DNA from: a virus
DNA: 64,000 nt
IMG/VR virus record: IMGVR_UViG_3300024988_000067
Strand: one strand, 5' to 3'
This document shows positions 28,601 to 35,965 of the stretch, piece by piece. Each line of letters starts with the position of its first letter. The first letter of the stretch is position 1. A program made the translations under genes and the position numbers. Under the pieces are notes generated by a model. The model saw only the letters and a program-made list of their open reading frames with translations, did no database searches and was not told the origin of the DNA.

Positions 28601-28901
28601 TCCGAGCACCAATGATTGGACGCTGACCTGGACCCGCCGCAGCCGCTATGCCGATTGGCGCGACTATATCGACGCGCCGCTGGGCGAGACCAGCGAATCC
28701 TACGAAATCGACATTTTCAGCAGCGGTACCTACACCACGCTCAAGCGCACGCTCACTGCCAGCAGCCCCACCGCGGCTTACACCAGCGCGCAGCAGGTCA
28801 CCGATTTCGGCAGCAACCAGGCCACGCTCTACGTCAAGGTCTACCAGCTTTCCGCCACCGTCGGCCGCGGCTACGCGCTGACCCAATCGATCACGAGGTA
28901 A
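25665..28901 (+). CDS. Tail tip/host-specificity protein (central fibre) with inserted propeller-like domain
   Basis: YGAPIPRNYGT, PAYRGLAYIVF, LPRKVSVNYVD..REY, LRGQHGTE; GTG start. Confidence 0.85.
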   Translation: MSSVGQGVGGLVGGVIGFFIGGPTGAYYGAQAGMMIGGAIDPPKGPTINGPRLNDLSVQTSTYGAPIPRNYGTIAQTGNVFWLQGDKLTEVQTVTESGGKGGPVTTTKTWSYYATFAVGLCQGPIDGVRRIWIGGQLWYDAGSDDIATIIASNQKSDLFTLYLGTDTQTADPLIQADKGVANVPAYRGLAYIVFDALPLEKYSNSLMGAQVKAEIIKIGSRSYVSTSKIINNAAWPLNQWAAAATLDTTVVAVSLSSNLCAYSLDGNNWTTTYLPSTGDWACVASKPGLFVAVQRNTNQTATSPDGIRWTAGTTLPGLPLDARKLIWTGSFFCLISFSTTRVFISADGFNWVEGALPTTTYSYWIDVAWNGSTLCAIQKNSDVAAVSTNGLTWTQTTLPVSDYWTAIASDGETFVAVTGTKLDAKSVDGVTWTGGSTMVITNGTVSGVGTEWKLAFNGSAFIVATGSSTKYLISEDAGATWTIFTAQHTMSSFPAITSYNGIFLSVIVNGDAEFIYKDMTSQSAVLGDIVQTECLTSNILTAGDLDVTELTDTVRGYRISQLGAIRGALDPLRAAFPFDVVQHGYQIKFVRRGGASVASIPTSSLDARAAGAEPGVQVTDAREMDLMLPRKVSVNYVDVTREYETNQQSYERINTDAIGERAVEMPIVFSAAEAAQIAEMLTYLYWMERHDVAFVLPPEYDNLEPADVITLTGTDATWELRLLSTNTLPDGRIESRAKYNKAAIYTPVARGEEGQSTGGLLTLAGPCVYSLLDIPLMRDDDDTAGFPVAMAGYLSGWPGGILYRSDDSGQTWTDLRAFAPGAVIGYATTSLAAHGGTVYDFASTLAVILHSGTLSSVTEAQLFAGQNWFAYGADGRWEIIAARTATLQGDGSYVLQDFLRGQHGTEWATGLHAVNDTLVLLSATALSLISVNASSIGSARTYRAITTGKSLDSDTDLSFTYTGVNLECLSPVALTGNRHPSTNDWTLTWTRRSRYADWRDYIDAPLGETSESYEIDIFSSGTYTTLKRTLTASSPTAAYTSAQQVTDFGSNQATLYVKVYQLSATVGRGYALTQSITR

Positions 28902-28904
28902 ACC

Positions 28905-29561
28905 ATGGCCGACTCCACCGCCAAACTCACCCAGCTCACCACCGCCCAGGCCGGTAAGGAAACCACCGTCAACGAACTCATGGCCGCGCTGTCGATCGGC
29001 AGCCCGCTCGCGCGCCGGCAGTCGTCATCCGGATTGAGCTGGGATTACTACGGCGTCGACCGCTGGTATATCAACGCCACCGCCACCACCAAGGCCAACA
29101 CCACGCTCACGCTCACCGCCAGCAGCACGCGCTATGTCGCCGCCGACCGCGCGCTCGCCGTCACCGACAACGCCACTGCGTTCCCGGCCAACAAGCTCGC
29201 GCTGTACAAGGTTGTCACCGGCACCGCTACCGTCACCAGCTACGAAGACCACCGCGACCTCCACCACATCAACCGCTTTCTCTACGGCCGCTTCACCCTG
29301 GCCATGGCCGACGCCAACAAGACGCTGACCTACGAGCAGGCCATGGCCGAATCGATGGAACTCACCGGCGCACTCACCGCACTGCGCGACGTCGTCGTCC
29401 CGCTTGTCCCACGCGCCTGGACTATCTACGCCAACACCAGCGGCGGATTCGGCGTCCGCGTCATTGGCGCCAGCGGCACCGGCATTACCATAGCCGACGG
29501 CAAGCGCGCCATCGTCGAGAGCGACGGCGCCAACGTTGTGCGCGTGACGGCGGACATCTAA
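28905..29561 (+). CDS. Tail fibre/baseplate accessory protein (DUF2793-like N-terminus)
   Basis: QLTTAQAGKETTVNELMAAL; last tail gene. Confidence 0.65.
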   Translation: MADSTAKLTQLTTAQAGKETTVNELMAALSIGSPLARRQSSSGLSWDYYGVDRWYINATATTKANTTLTLTASSTRYVAADRALAVTDNATAFPANKLALYKVVTGTATVTSYEDHRDLHHINRFLYGRFTLAMADANKTLTYEQAMAESMELTGALTALRDVVVPLVPRAWTIYANTSGGFGVRVIGASGTGITIADGKRAIVESDGANVVRVTADI

Positions 29562-29589
29562 TAAGGAGACCCCCGAGAGCGAGGCTGCA

Positions 29590-29790
29590 CCAAAATCACT
29601 TGCAAAACGATTGCGTAAGTATTTGATTTTATTAAGTCGCAAATAGCTGTTTTTGGCTGTAAAATTGATCCTTAAAAATAGCGTAAGGCATTGAATTAAA
29701 TGGATAAAATAAGAGTTCTAATGATCTGCATGGGCAATATCTGAAGCCAGCGTGGTTATTGGCCTTGCAAATCCATTGCAAAGAATTCTC
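29590..29790. other. attP-like site (AT-rich, IHF consensus, core probably within 29727-29743)
   Basis: Downstream of int; rc(29616-29628) = AATCAAatacTTA matches WATCAANNNNTTR; repeated TTGCAAA; contains a host-gene fragment. Confidence 0.7.
29700..29744 (+). pseudogene. 5' fragment of a low-molecular-weight protein tyrosine phosphatase gene (MDKIRVLMICMGNI*)
   Basis: Matches the LMW-PTP/ArsC N-terminus ..VLF(V/I)CMGNICRS; TGA where TGC is expected. Confidence 0.75.
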
Positions 29791-29801
29791 AAAACGAACC
29801 G

Positions 29802-30272
29802 CTATTTCTTAAGCGGAATGCCCGGCTTCGGCGGGGCGAAAATCTCCTTGCCTCTGACCCCTTTGTGGTACCTGTAGTAGAGTGTCCGGTATGGGATGCC
29901 GGTGGCATCGGCCCAGCCTTTTATCGTTCTGCGCACGCCGTCGATCTCGAGGAAGCAGTTGTTCCGCTTGTTTTCGCACTGGGTTTGCATGGACACCCAG
30001 CGGCAGTTGTCCGGTCCATAGCCCGCATTGTTGTTGGCCCGGTCCAGGGTGAGGCCGGGCCTGTATCCGTTCTCCAGCGCCCATATCTCGAAGGACAGGA
30101 AGGAGCTTTGCCATTCCTGGCAAACGCTTATCCCGCGCTCGCCGTAGTTGTGGAAGACCTCGGCCGTCTCGTTCATGCACCGGTACATCATCGAGCGCCA
30201 AACCCTGTAGAGGCTGCTCTCGGCGAGGTCTTGCCCGGTTGCACCGTGGCGCTCGTATCGGCGCTTCGTCAT
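29802..30272 (-). CDS. HNH homing-endonuclease-like protein
   Basis: LYRVWRSMMYRC...NYGERGISVCQEW...LTLDRANNNAGYGPDNCRW; ATGA-coupled to the int stop. Confidence 0.85.
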   Translation of the reverse strand: MTKRRYERHGATGQDLAESSLYRVWRSMMYRCMNETAEVFHNYGERGISVCQEWQSSFLSFEIWALENGYRPGLTLDRANNNAGYGPDNCRWVSMQTQCENKRNNCFLEIDGVRRTIKGWADATGIPYRTLYYRYHKGVRGKEIFAPPKPGIPLKK

Positions 30273-31447
30273 CCCACCTGCACCCTGACCCACTCCGCCC
30301 CGCGGGCGTCCTTGTAGATTGCGGTTGAACGGGGGTCTTTGTGGCCCAGCAGCAGCTGGGTATTGACGTTCCCTTGGTCGTTGTAGAGCCGTTCCGCCAG
30401 GGAGCGCAGTTCGTGGAAGCTGGGCGGGGTTTTGCCGGTTTCCCATAGGGGCGATTCGCTGCGGCTGGCGGCGAGGTCGCGGGCGTCGGCGAAGCGGCGG
30501 GTGATGGTATCTATCCACACCTGGTCGCCTGGATTGCAATTGCCGTAGGGACGTGTGTGGTGGACAGCGTAGCGGCTGACGACGGTGTCACGGCAGCGAG
30601 CGATGACTTCGCCGAGTTCAAGGCCGACGACGTCTAGACGCAGACTTAATGGGATGGCGACGCGGTTTCCGGTTTTTTGCTGGATGACGTAGATGGCGCC
30701 GGACTCGACCCAGGCCGAGGCGCCGGCGCGGGGACGGAATTCGATGCAGGCGATGTCTTCGCGGCGCTGGCCGGTGACGATAGCGAGCTCGATGCTGCGG
30801 GCGATCCACGGCGAGTCGAGTTCGAGGCTGGCAGCGTGGATCTGGCGGAAGCTGTCGAGCACCAGGCGGGCGCGCTGCACTTCGACTGACGGCGCGCGAG
30901 TCTTGGCGAATGGGTTGTCGGTGGCGAGGCCTTCGGCGATGGCGGTCTTGAAGATCTCGATTCCTTCGCTGCGCACGGCCAGCGCCATACGTTCGCGCGG
31001 TGGATCTGATTCGAGGTAGGCGGCGAGGATCTCTACGGCGTCGCGTACGCTGAAAGCGTCGATCGGCAGTTTGCCCTTGGCGCGGGTGATGGCGTTGCCG
31101 ATGCTGCGCTTGGTCTTGAGCGTGTTGGCGGCGAGCTTGCCCTTGGCCTGCAACTTCTCGCAGTGCTCGATGTGCTTGAGGATGACGGCGCCGAGGGTAG
31201 GACCGCTGGGCCTGGCTGTGGCGATGGCATCGACGCGCGCGCCGGCGAGCTGGGCGAGGATGGCGGCGTTGAGCGCTTTGGCGTCGGCGATGGCGGAGAC
31301 CTTGTCGCTGCCCATGCCGTGGAAGGTGCCGGTGCGGATGTCCTTGTAGCGGTAATAGGTGCGTCCGCTGGCGCGGTCTACAGTGGCATAGAGGTTGTCA
31401 GGCAGGTCGAGACTGCCCGGGCGGCGGCGGGGTGGCATGGCGGGCAT
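30269..31447 (-). CDS. int: Phage integrase, lambda-type tyrosine recombinase with arm-binding N-domain
   Basis: LPDNLY...YYRYKDIRTG N-domain; TGQRREDI, SFHELRSL, LLGHK, Y catalytic residues. Confidence 0.95.
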   Translation of the reverse strand: MPAMPPRRRPGSLDLPDNLYATVDRASGRTYYRYKDIRTGTFHGMGSDKVSAIADAKALNAAILAQLAGARVDAIATARPSGPTLGAVILKHIEHCEKLQAKGKLAANTLKTKRSIGNAITRAKGKLPIDAFSVRDAVEILAAYLESDPPRERMALAVRSEGIEIFKTAIAEGLATDNPFAKTRAPSVEVQRARLVLDSFRQIHAASLELDSPWIARSIELAIVTGQRREDIACIEFRPRAGASAWVESGAIYVIQQKTGNRVAIPLSLRLDVVGLELGEVIARCRDTVVSRYAVHHTRPYGNCNPGDQVWIDTITRRFADARDLAASRSESPLWETGKTPPSFHELRSLAERLYNDQGNVNTQLLLGHKDPRSTAIYKDARGAEWVRVQVG

Positions 31448-31455
31448 AGTAAACC

Positions 31456-32478
31456 TTATGCGGCGATCCGGTCGAGCGGGCTGATCGCACCGGCGGCGCC
31501 GCGTTTGACGACGTGGGTATAGATCATGGTGGTAGAAACGTCAGAGTGACCGAGCAGTTCCTGTACGGTGCGGATGTCGCTACCTGTTTCGAGCAGATGC
31601 GTGGCGAAGCTGTGGCGGAGGGTATGGCAGCTTGCAGGCTTATGGATGCCGGCCGCGATTACGGCGGCGCGCATGGCGCGCTGGATGCCTTTTTCATGGA
31701 TGTGGTGGCGGCGCACGACGCCGGTGCGTGGATCGGTGCTGTAGTCGGCCGCGGCGAATACGTATTGCCATGCCCATTCCTTCGGCGCGTTCGGATATTT
31801 CTTCCACAGCGCATGCGGTAGTTCGACGTCGACCATGCCGCGCGCGAGGTCGATGTCGTGCATCTTGCGGCGGACGGCGAGCTGATCGCGCAGCGGCTGC
31901 ACCAGGCTGGCAGGTAGCGGGACGACGCGGTCCTTGTCGCCCTTGCCGCCGCGCACCAGGATGATGTTCGAGTCGAAGTCGATGTCCTTGACGCGCAGCC
32001 GCATGGCTTCCATGAGGCGCATGCCGGTTCCGTAGAGCAGCCTGATGATCAGCCCGCTCGTGCCCTTGGTATGGGCAAGCACTGCAGCCACCTCGGACTG
32101 GCTCAATACGACAGGAAGCCGGGCCGGTTTCTTGGCGCGCGTGATGTTGTCGAGCCATGGCAGGTCGATTCCGAGCACATGCTTGTATAGGAAAAGCAGC
32201 GCTGCGAGCGCCTGATTTTGCGTGCTGGCAGAAACGTCACGCTCATTTGCGAGCATCGACAGGAAGGCTTCTATCTCGGGCGCTCCCATGTCGGCAGGGT
32301 GGCGAAGGCCGCTCCAGTGGATGAAGTGCTTGACCCAGCTGATATAGGTGCGCTCAGTGCGCAAGCTGTAGTGCTTGACACGGATCGCCGCGCGCATCTG
32401 GTCTAGCAGCTTGGGCTTGGCGGACACGGATGCCTTGTCCTGCTGCTGTGTCTCGATATGATCGATAGTTTCAGTCAT
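31456..32478 (-). CDS. intI: Integron integrase (not class 1)
   Basis: KHYSLRTERTY, STQNQALAALLFLY, LYGTGMRLME, GKGDKDR, integron-specific insertion LPHALWKKYPNAPKEWAWQYVF...DPRTGVVRRHH, HTLRHSFATHLL, IRTVQELLGHSDVSTTMIYTH all intact. Confidence 0.97.
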   Translation of the reverse strand: MTETIDHIETQQQDKASVSAKPKLLDQMRAAIRVKHYSLRTERTYISWVKHFIHWSGLRHPADMGAPEIEAFLSMLANERDVSASTQNQALAALLFLYKHVLGIDLPWLDNITRAKKPARLPVVLSQSEVAAVLAHTKGTSGLIIRLLYGTGMRLMEAMRLRVKDIDFDSNIILVRGGKGDKDRVVPLPASLVQPLRDQLAVRRKMHDIDLARGMVDVELPHALWKKYPNAPKEWAWQYVFAAADYSTDPRTGVVRRHHIHEKGIQRAMRAAVIAAGIHKPASCHTLRHSFATHLLETGSDIRTVQELLGHSDVSTTMIYTHVVKRGAAGAISPLDRIAA

Positions 32479-32520
32479 GGCGCTGGCTCCATGGTTGTCA
32501 TTATCAGGTTATAAGACAGG

Positions 32521-32569
32521 TTGATAGATTCGCGGACATCAGGGTGTCGTAGAATTTAAGTTAGCGGTC
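32521..32569 (+). other. attI site; crossover G/TT at 32560/32561
   Basis: gtcgtagaatttaaGTTAGCG just upstream of, and divergent from, intI; the core is mirrored by R'' of attC1. Confidence 0.8.
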
Positions 32570-33305
32570 ACAGGCTGCACGTCCTGCATTTGTTGGCTGA
32601 AAACCCAAACAGGTCGCCAGTCAACTCAGTGCCGCGTGGTATCTCGCCGCGCTCAAAAACATCCCGCAGTTCCGCCAGCGAGGCGGGCCAAGTGTCGCGG
32701 CTCGGGCTTCTGAATGTGTGCCCTATCGCCTGCTCCTGTTCCACCGCGTCCTGGTAAATCTCCGGGTGCTCTTTCCACAACATCCACCATTCCGGTAGCG
32801 TCTGGAAAAAACACCTAGCACAGTCCGTTCTTTCTGGTATCTGCACATCCCGATCCATCAAATACCCAAGCACATCACCCAAACCCCAACCCCAATCCCT
32901 GAAAGGGAAGCGAACTTCGCAGTTCTCATAAATCCCGCCCTCGCGGCCTTCCTCATCTGCCCGCAGCCCGATATACAAAACCACCTTGTTTCCCTGCTCG
33001 GCCTGGCGGTTTATCCACTCCTGGCAAGTTTCAATTTTCAAAACCCTAGTGCAAAACCGCTTCTGCCAATTCGGCAGGCATTTTTCCCGTTCGCACAAAC
33101 CCTTAAAATCTACCTCTGCGGTCAGCCGCGTCAGCCGCTTCCCGATCAGGCATTCCAGCCTATCCCAGTGCTCCAGCATCACCGGCAATTCATCGCCGGT
33201 GGGTGTGCACAAAAACACATAGTCCTGCGGCTCAATTTCGGCCAAGCGTAGCGCCAGCGCCGTGGAGTCTTTGCCGCCTGATAAACCAACTACGTGTAGT
33301 TCCAT
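32568..33305 (-). CDS. Cassette 1: PAPS-reductase-family (PP-loop) protein with Cys motifs
   Basis: VVGLSGGKDS, RFCTRVLKI, YIGLRADEEGR, RTDCARCFFQ; RBS GAGGA before MELHVV. Confidence 0.85.
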   Translation of the reverse strand: MELHVVGLSGGKDSTALALRLAEIEPQDYVFLCTPTGDELPVMLEHWDRLECLIGKRLTRLTAEVDFKGLCEREKCLPNWQKRFCTRVLKIETCQEWINRQAEQGNKVVLYIGLRADEEGREGGIYENCEVRFPFRDWGWGLGDVLGYLMDRDVQIPERTDCARCFFQTLPEWWMLWKEHPEIYQDAVEQEQAIGHTFRSPSRDTWPASLAELRDVFERGEIPRGTELTGDLFGFSANKCRTCSL

Positions 33306-33320
33306 GTCATCCTCAAAGAC

Positions 33321-33381
33321 CGCTAACACGGCGGTCAACAGCGACCGCGCGAAGCGCGGCGCGTTACCTTAGTCGTTGGCC
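33321..33381 (+). other. attC1 (61 bp)
   Basis: R'' (gac)CGCTAAC, L'' GGT(C)AAC pairs with L' GTTACC, R' GTTGGCC. Confidence 0.9.
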
Positions 33382-33412
33382 GCCACCTTTGCGCGGTGGC
33401 GGGTTCCTACTC

Positions 33413-33595
33413 TTATGCCGTTTCGAGTGCGCTCTCGTTCCACCAGCTTTCCACGGCGCGGCCGTCGGCGGCTTTGTAGCGCAGCAGGTAGCTGTTCCCA
33501 CCTACCGCGTATTCCGCTCTGGCGATAATGCTGCCCGTTTCACCGCTGGCCGAAATCTTCACGGTCTGGTTCATGCTGAAGGTAAATCCGTTCAT
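33413..33595 (-). CDS. Cassette 2: small phage-type protein (60 aa)
   Basis: ORF track; fills the cassette. Confidence 0.7.
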   Translation of the reverse strand: MNGFTFSMNQTVKISASGETGSIIARAEYAVGGNSYLLRYKAADGRAVESWWNESALETA

Positions 33596-33639
33596 TTGCT
33601 GCCCCTGTTCAAAATGCCGTGCCTTCGTTTGGGCGGCAC

Positions 33640-33703
33640 GGCCAACCCGTTAATCAAGCGGGACCGGCGCTAAAGCGCCGGCCCCTTATTGCTGTCGTTG
33701 GGC
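33640..33703 (+). other. attC2 (64 bp)
   Basis: GGCCAAC, AAT(C)AAG/CTTATT, loop gcgctaaagcgc, GTTGGGC. Confidence 0.9.
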
Positions 33704-33912
33704 ACCTCATCATTCAGCTTTGCCAGCAGCTCCGGGTGAACAAACAGCGTGTTGCCGCTTCGGTACATTGCTGGCCTGTCGATCCGGTGCTTAACCACCA
33801 GCCAGTTGCGGCGGCGCTTCTTTATCGGGTTCCGCTCGATGCGCCACACAGTCCGCACTTCGCGGGCCATCGGTGCGCTCACAACGGTCAATCCGTAAAT
33901 CGTTCGGTTCAT
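33670..33912 (-). CDS. Cassette 3: hypothetical protein (MNRTIYG...), stop lies in attC2
   Basis: RBS GGAGAGG; ends VPNDSNKGPAL*. Confidence 0.7.
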   Translation of the reverse strand: MNRTIYGLTVVSAPMAREVRTVWRIERNPIKKRRRNWLVVKHRIDRPAMYRSGNTLFVHPELLAKLNDEVPNDSNKGPAL

Positions 33913-33932
33913 GGTTTCCTCTCCGGGCCAGT

Positions 33933-34019
33933 GCCCAACAATCCGGTCGAGCCGAGGCCCGCCAGCGTCTTTAATCCTTGCCGTGTTCCGTAAGGCCCGG
34001 CTCACCGCAAGCGTTCGGC
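33933..34019 (+). other. attC3 (87 bp)
   Basis: GCCCAAC, GGT(C)GAGC/GCTCACC, GTTCGGC. Confidence 0.9.
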
Positions 34020-34273
34020 GTCAGCTTCACGAATCCTCGGGCGACCATGTACGGGTCGCGCTCTGGGTGATACCGCCGCGCTTCAATGTTCTTCGCCGGC
34101 TTCAGGCTCAACATCCGCCGCCAGTATTTTCCGCAGGCCAGCGCCCGCTCGTGGTTCGCGGCCGCCACGTAAACCGAGCTGCCGCACTGCTTGCCCTTGC
34201 GGTCTATCGGGTACACCTCCCACTGCAATCGTTCGGGGTTCGCGCCCCACTTTCTCGGGTCGTCGTAGCTCAC
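33971..34273 (-). CDS. Cassette 4, ORF b (GTG start, 100 aa), stop lies in attC3
   Basis: GTGA overlap with ORF a; ends TPNACGEPGLTEHGKD*. Confidence 0.65.
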   Translation of the reverse strand: MSYDDPRKWGANPERLQWEVYPIDRKGKQCGSSVYVAAANHERALACGKYWRRMLSLKPAKNIEARRYHPERDPYMVARGFVKLTPNACGEPGLTEHGKD

Positions 34274-34488
34274 AGGTCTTTCTCCATCACTCGGCACGGC
34301 CAGTGATGGCCGCAGTTTGCACAGGCGGCTGTGTCCAGCCGGGTTGTTTTCAGCGCGGCCGGCGATCCGTTGGCCATCAGCCAGTGGTAGGCGTGGCGTC
34401 CGCAGCGCGGGCACCGGCGCTCAATCTTGGCCGGCAGCCGCCGAACCCGTCGCTCCAGAGGGACGCCCTCCATGCCGCTTCGCGTCAT
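34270..34488 (-). CDS. Cassette 4, ORF a: CxxC...CxxC zinc-ribbon protein, start inside attC4
   Basis: CPRC...CANC; RBS GGGGAGA and ATG lie within attC4. Confidence 0.6.
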   Translation of the reverse strand: MTRSGMEGVPLERRVRRLPAKIERRCPRCGRHAYHWLMANGSPAALKTTRLDTAACANCGHHWPCRVMEKDL

Positions 34489-34518
34489 TCCGGTCTCCCC
34501 TGATCTAGTGCGTTAGGC
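34440..34518 (+). other. attC4 (79 bp)
   Basis: GCCGAAC ... GTTAGGC; L boxes imperfect. Confidence 0.75.
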
Positions 34519-34803
34519 ATCGTCATGCTCTTGTTCACGCATCGCCATATCAATCGCGTCCCGCAGGCTGTGCAGGTTCGCGGTCACGCAATGGGTCGGA
34601 AGTTGCACGTTGCCCACAGGGTTGTCCGGGTCGCTCAACCAGTCCAGCCGTGCCGCATCGGCACGCAGTCTTTTGTTCTCGCGCTCCAGTTCGCGCAGCT
34701 TGTTCGCCGCCTGCCTCATCGCCTCTGCCTTTACTGGCGTGGTCGCCCTATTGGCTTCGCGGTCCAGGTAGCCCGCATATCGTTGTGCCATGCTCATCTT
34801 CAT
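34513..34803 (-). CDS. Cassette 5: phage-type coiled-coil protein (DAARLDWL motif)
   Basis: Stop TAA is formed by the cassette core TTA. Confidence 0.75.
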   Translation of the reverse strand: MKMSMAQRYAGYLDREANRATTPVKAEAMRQAANKLRELERENKRLRADAARLDWLSDPDNPVGNVQLPTHCVTANLHSLRDAIDMAMREQEHDDA

Positions 34804-34810
34804 CCTCTGC

Positions 34811-34871
34811 GCCTAACCCGGCGCTCAAGCGGGACCGCGCTAAAGCGCGGCCCCTTAGCTATGCGTTGGGC
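34811..34871 (+). other. attC5 (61 bp)
   Basis: GCCTAAC, GCT(C)AAG/CTTAGC, loop gcgctaaagcgc, GTTGGGC. Confidence 0.92.
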
Positions 34872-35116
34872 CACTCTGCAACCGTGGTCACGTCTTTCGA
34901 TGCGCCGCACCTCTTGCAAAGGTAGCCGGTGGTTGTCCACTTCAGTCCGTCGCCGTCCGGGTCAAGGTCGAGCGATCCGCTTGTGATTGACCATCGGTGC
35001 AGCCCTAGCGCACAAAGCAGTGGTGTGTATCCAATTTTTGCGGCCAGCGTTTGCAGCCCAACCCGGCAGTCGAGCGGAGGCTCGGCAGCGGCTTTGTGGT
35101 CTTTGCTATCGTTCAT
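34859..35116 (-). CDS. Cassette 6: Cys/His small protein (85 aa), start in attC6 and stop in attC5
   Basis: MNDSKDHKAAAEPPLDCRVG...LCALGLHRW...CKRCG...WPNA*. Confidence 0.7.
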   Translation of the reverse strand: MNDSKDHKAAAEPPLDCRVGLQTLAAKIGYTPLLCALGLHRWSITSGSLDLDPDGDGLKWTTTGYLCKRCGASKDVTTVAEWPNA

Positions 35117-35145
35117 TCTCGCCCTCGCTAACTTTTGCGTTGGGC
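35056..35145 (+). other. attC6 (90 bp)
   Basis: GCCCAAC, AGT(C)GAGC/GCTAACT, GTTGGGC; near-identical to attC7. Confidence 0.88.
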
Positions 35146-35357
35146 ACCTTGCATTTAGGAATCTCGGTTGCCATTGCGCGGCCCTCGTATGTGTCGCGCC
35201 GCCACCACCAGTATTCCGCGCCATCAAATCCGCAATGCACGCAGCATCCGTCATCGTCCCATTCGTGGCCGTTGTTCAGGGATCGCTTAGTCCGTTGCCC
35301 AACCCGGCAGTCGAGCGGAGGCTCGGCAGCGGCTTTGTGGTCTTTGCTATTTTCCAT
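35106..35357 (-). CDS. Cassette 7: zinc-ribbon small protein, start in attC7 and stop in attC6
   Basis: GHEW....CCVHCG; ends VPNAKVSEGENER*. Confidence 0.7.
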   Translation of the reverse strand: MENSKDHKAAAEPPLDCRVGQRTKRSLNNGHEWDDDGCCVHCGFDGAEYWWWRRDTYEGRAMATEIPKCKVPNAKVSEGENER

Positions 35358-35386
35358 TCTCGCCCTCGCTCACTTTTGCGTTGGGC
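35297..35386 (+). other. attC7 (90 bp)
   Basis: GCCCAAC, AGT(C)GAGC/GCTCACT, GTTGGGC. Confidence 0.9.
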
Positions 35387-35580
35387 ACCGGGTCATATTG
35401 ATACTCAAACCCATCGCACTTGACCCCTTCGTCGCCTCGCATCATTTCCATAGTCAGGCCACACGCGCCCGTAATGATCTCGTGCGGGTAATCCGGTATG
35501 AAGTGCGTGCAGTTCTGGCATATGCGGTCGCAGTTACACAAACCGGGGAAACACTTTTCGCAAAACGCAAACGTAACCAT
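35347..35580 (-). CDS. Cassette 8: Cys-rich small protein, stop lies in attC7
   Basis: CEKC...CNC..ICQNCTH...GAC...KC; ends VPNAKVSEGENGK*; start uncertain. Confidence 0.65.
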   Translation of the reverse strand: MVTFAFCEKCFPGLCNCDRICQNCTHFIPDYPHEIITGACGLTMEMMRGDEGVKCDGFEYQYDPVPNAKVSEGENGK

Positions 35581-35586
35581 TTCAGT

Positions 35587-35648
35587 GCCCAACAAGTTAA
35601 TCGAGCGGGACCGTCGCAAGCGCCGGCCCCTCATTGCTGGCGTTCTGC
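35587..35648 (+). other. attC8 (62 bp)
   Basis: GCCCAAC, AAT(C)GAG/CTCATT, GTTCTGC. Confidence 0.9.
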
Positions 35649-35932
35649 GGAATTTCCGCGCTGTCATGCGGTAGCTTCCCAACTTGTCGCAAATAGCCGA
35701 TATAGTTTTCGTCCGCCACTAATGAGACGCACATCAGTTCATATGGTCCTTTGTACGCCGTGCGCGGCACCTCGCCGGGCGCGGACTCCGGTTTTTCAAG
35801 GCACTTGAATCCGATGCTGAAAACAAACCCTGGAATCATCGGCAGCGCGTCGGCGCGAATCTTCAGTTCGCCAATCACCTTGTCATTTAGGAAACTCTCC
35901 AGAACCGGCACCGTTATAAATTCATCTTTCAT
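35597..35932 (-). CDS. Cassette 9: hypothetical protein (111 aa), stop lies in attC8
   Basis: RBS AAGGA; ends PQNASNEGPALATVPLD*. Confidence 0.75.
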   Translation of the reverse strand: MKDEFITVPVLESFLNDKVIGELKIRADALPMIPGFVFSIGFKCLEKPESAPGEVPRTAYKGPYELMCVSLVADENYIGYLRQVGKLPHDSAEIPQNASNEGPALATVPLD

Positions 35933-35965
35933 TTTTTTGTCCTTTCTTCGTAGTTACCAAATTCC

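Noticed and set aside
25665-29561. Diversity-generating retroelement or invertible tail-fibre system
   Set aside because: No reverse transcriptase, template/variable repeat pair or invertase in the unit
31456-32478. Class 1 (clinical) integron with resistance cassettes
   Set aside because: The protein differs extensively from IntI1; no attI1 sequence, qacE/sul1 or recognisable resistance genes
32490-32525. LexA box upstream of intI
   Set aside because: Best candidate CTGTCTTATAACCTGA lacks the ACAG half-site
32527-32555. Pc promoter in attI (TAGAAT as -10)
   Set aside because: No acceptable -35 at 16-18 bp, and it would transcribe the cassette ORFs antisense; not supportable without TSS data
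33380-33403. Terminator in cassette 2 (ccgccacc...ggtggcgg hairpin)
   Set aside because: No U-tract on the minus strand after the stem, so termination of the pL transcript is not supported
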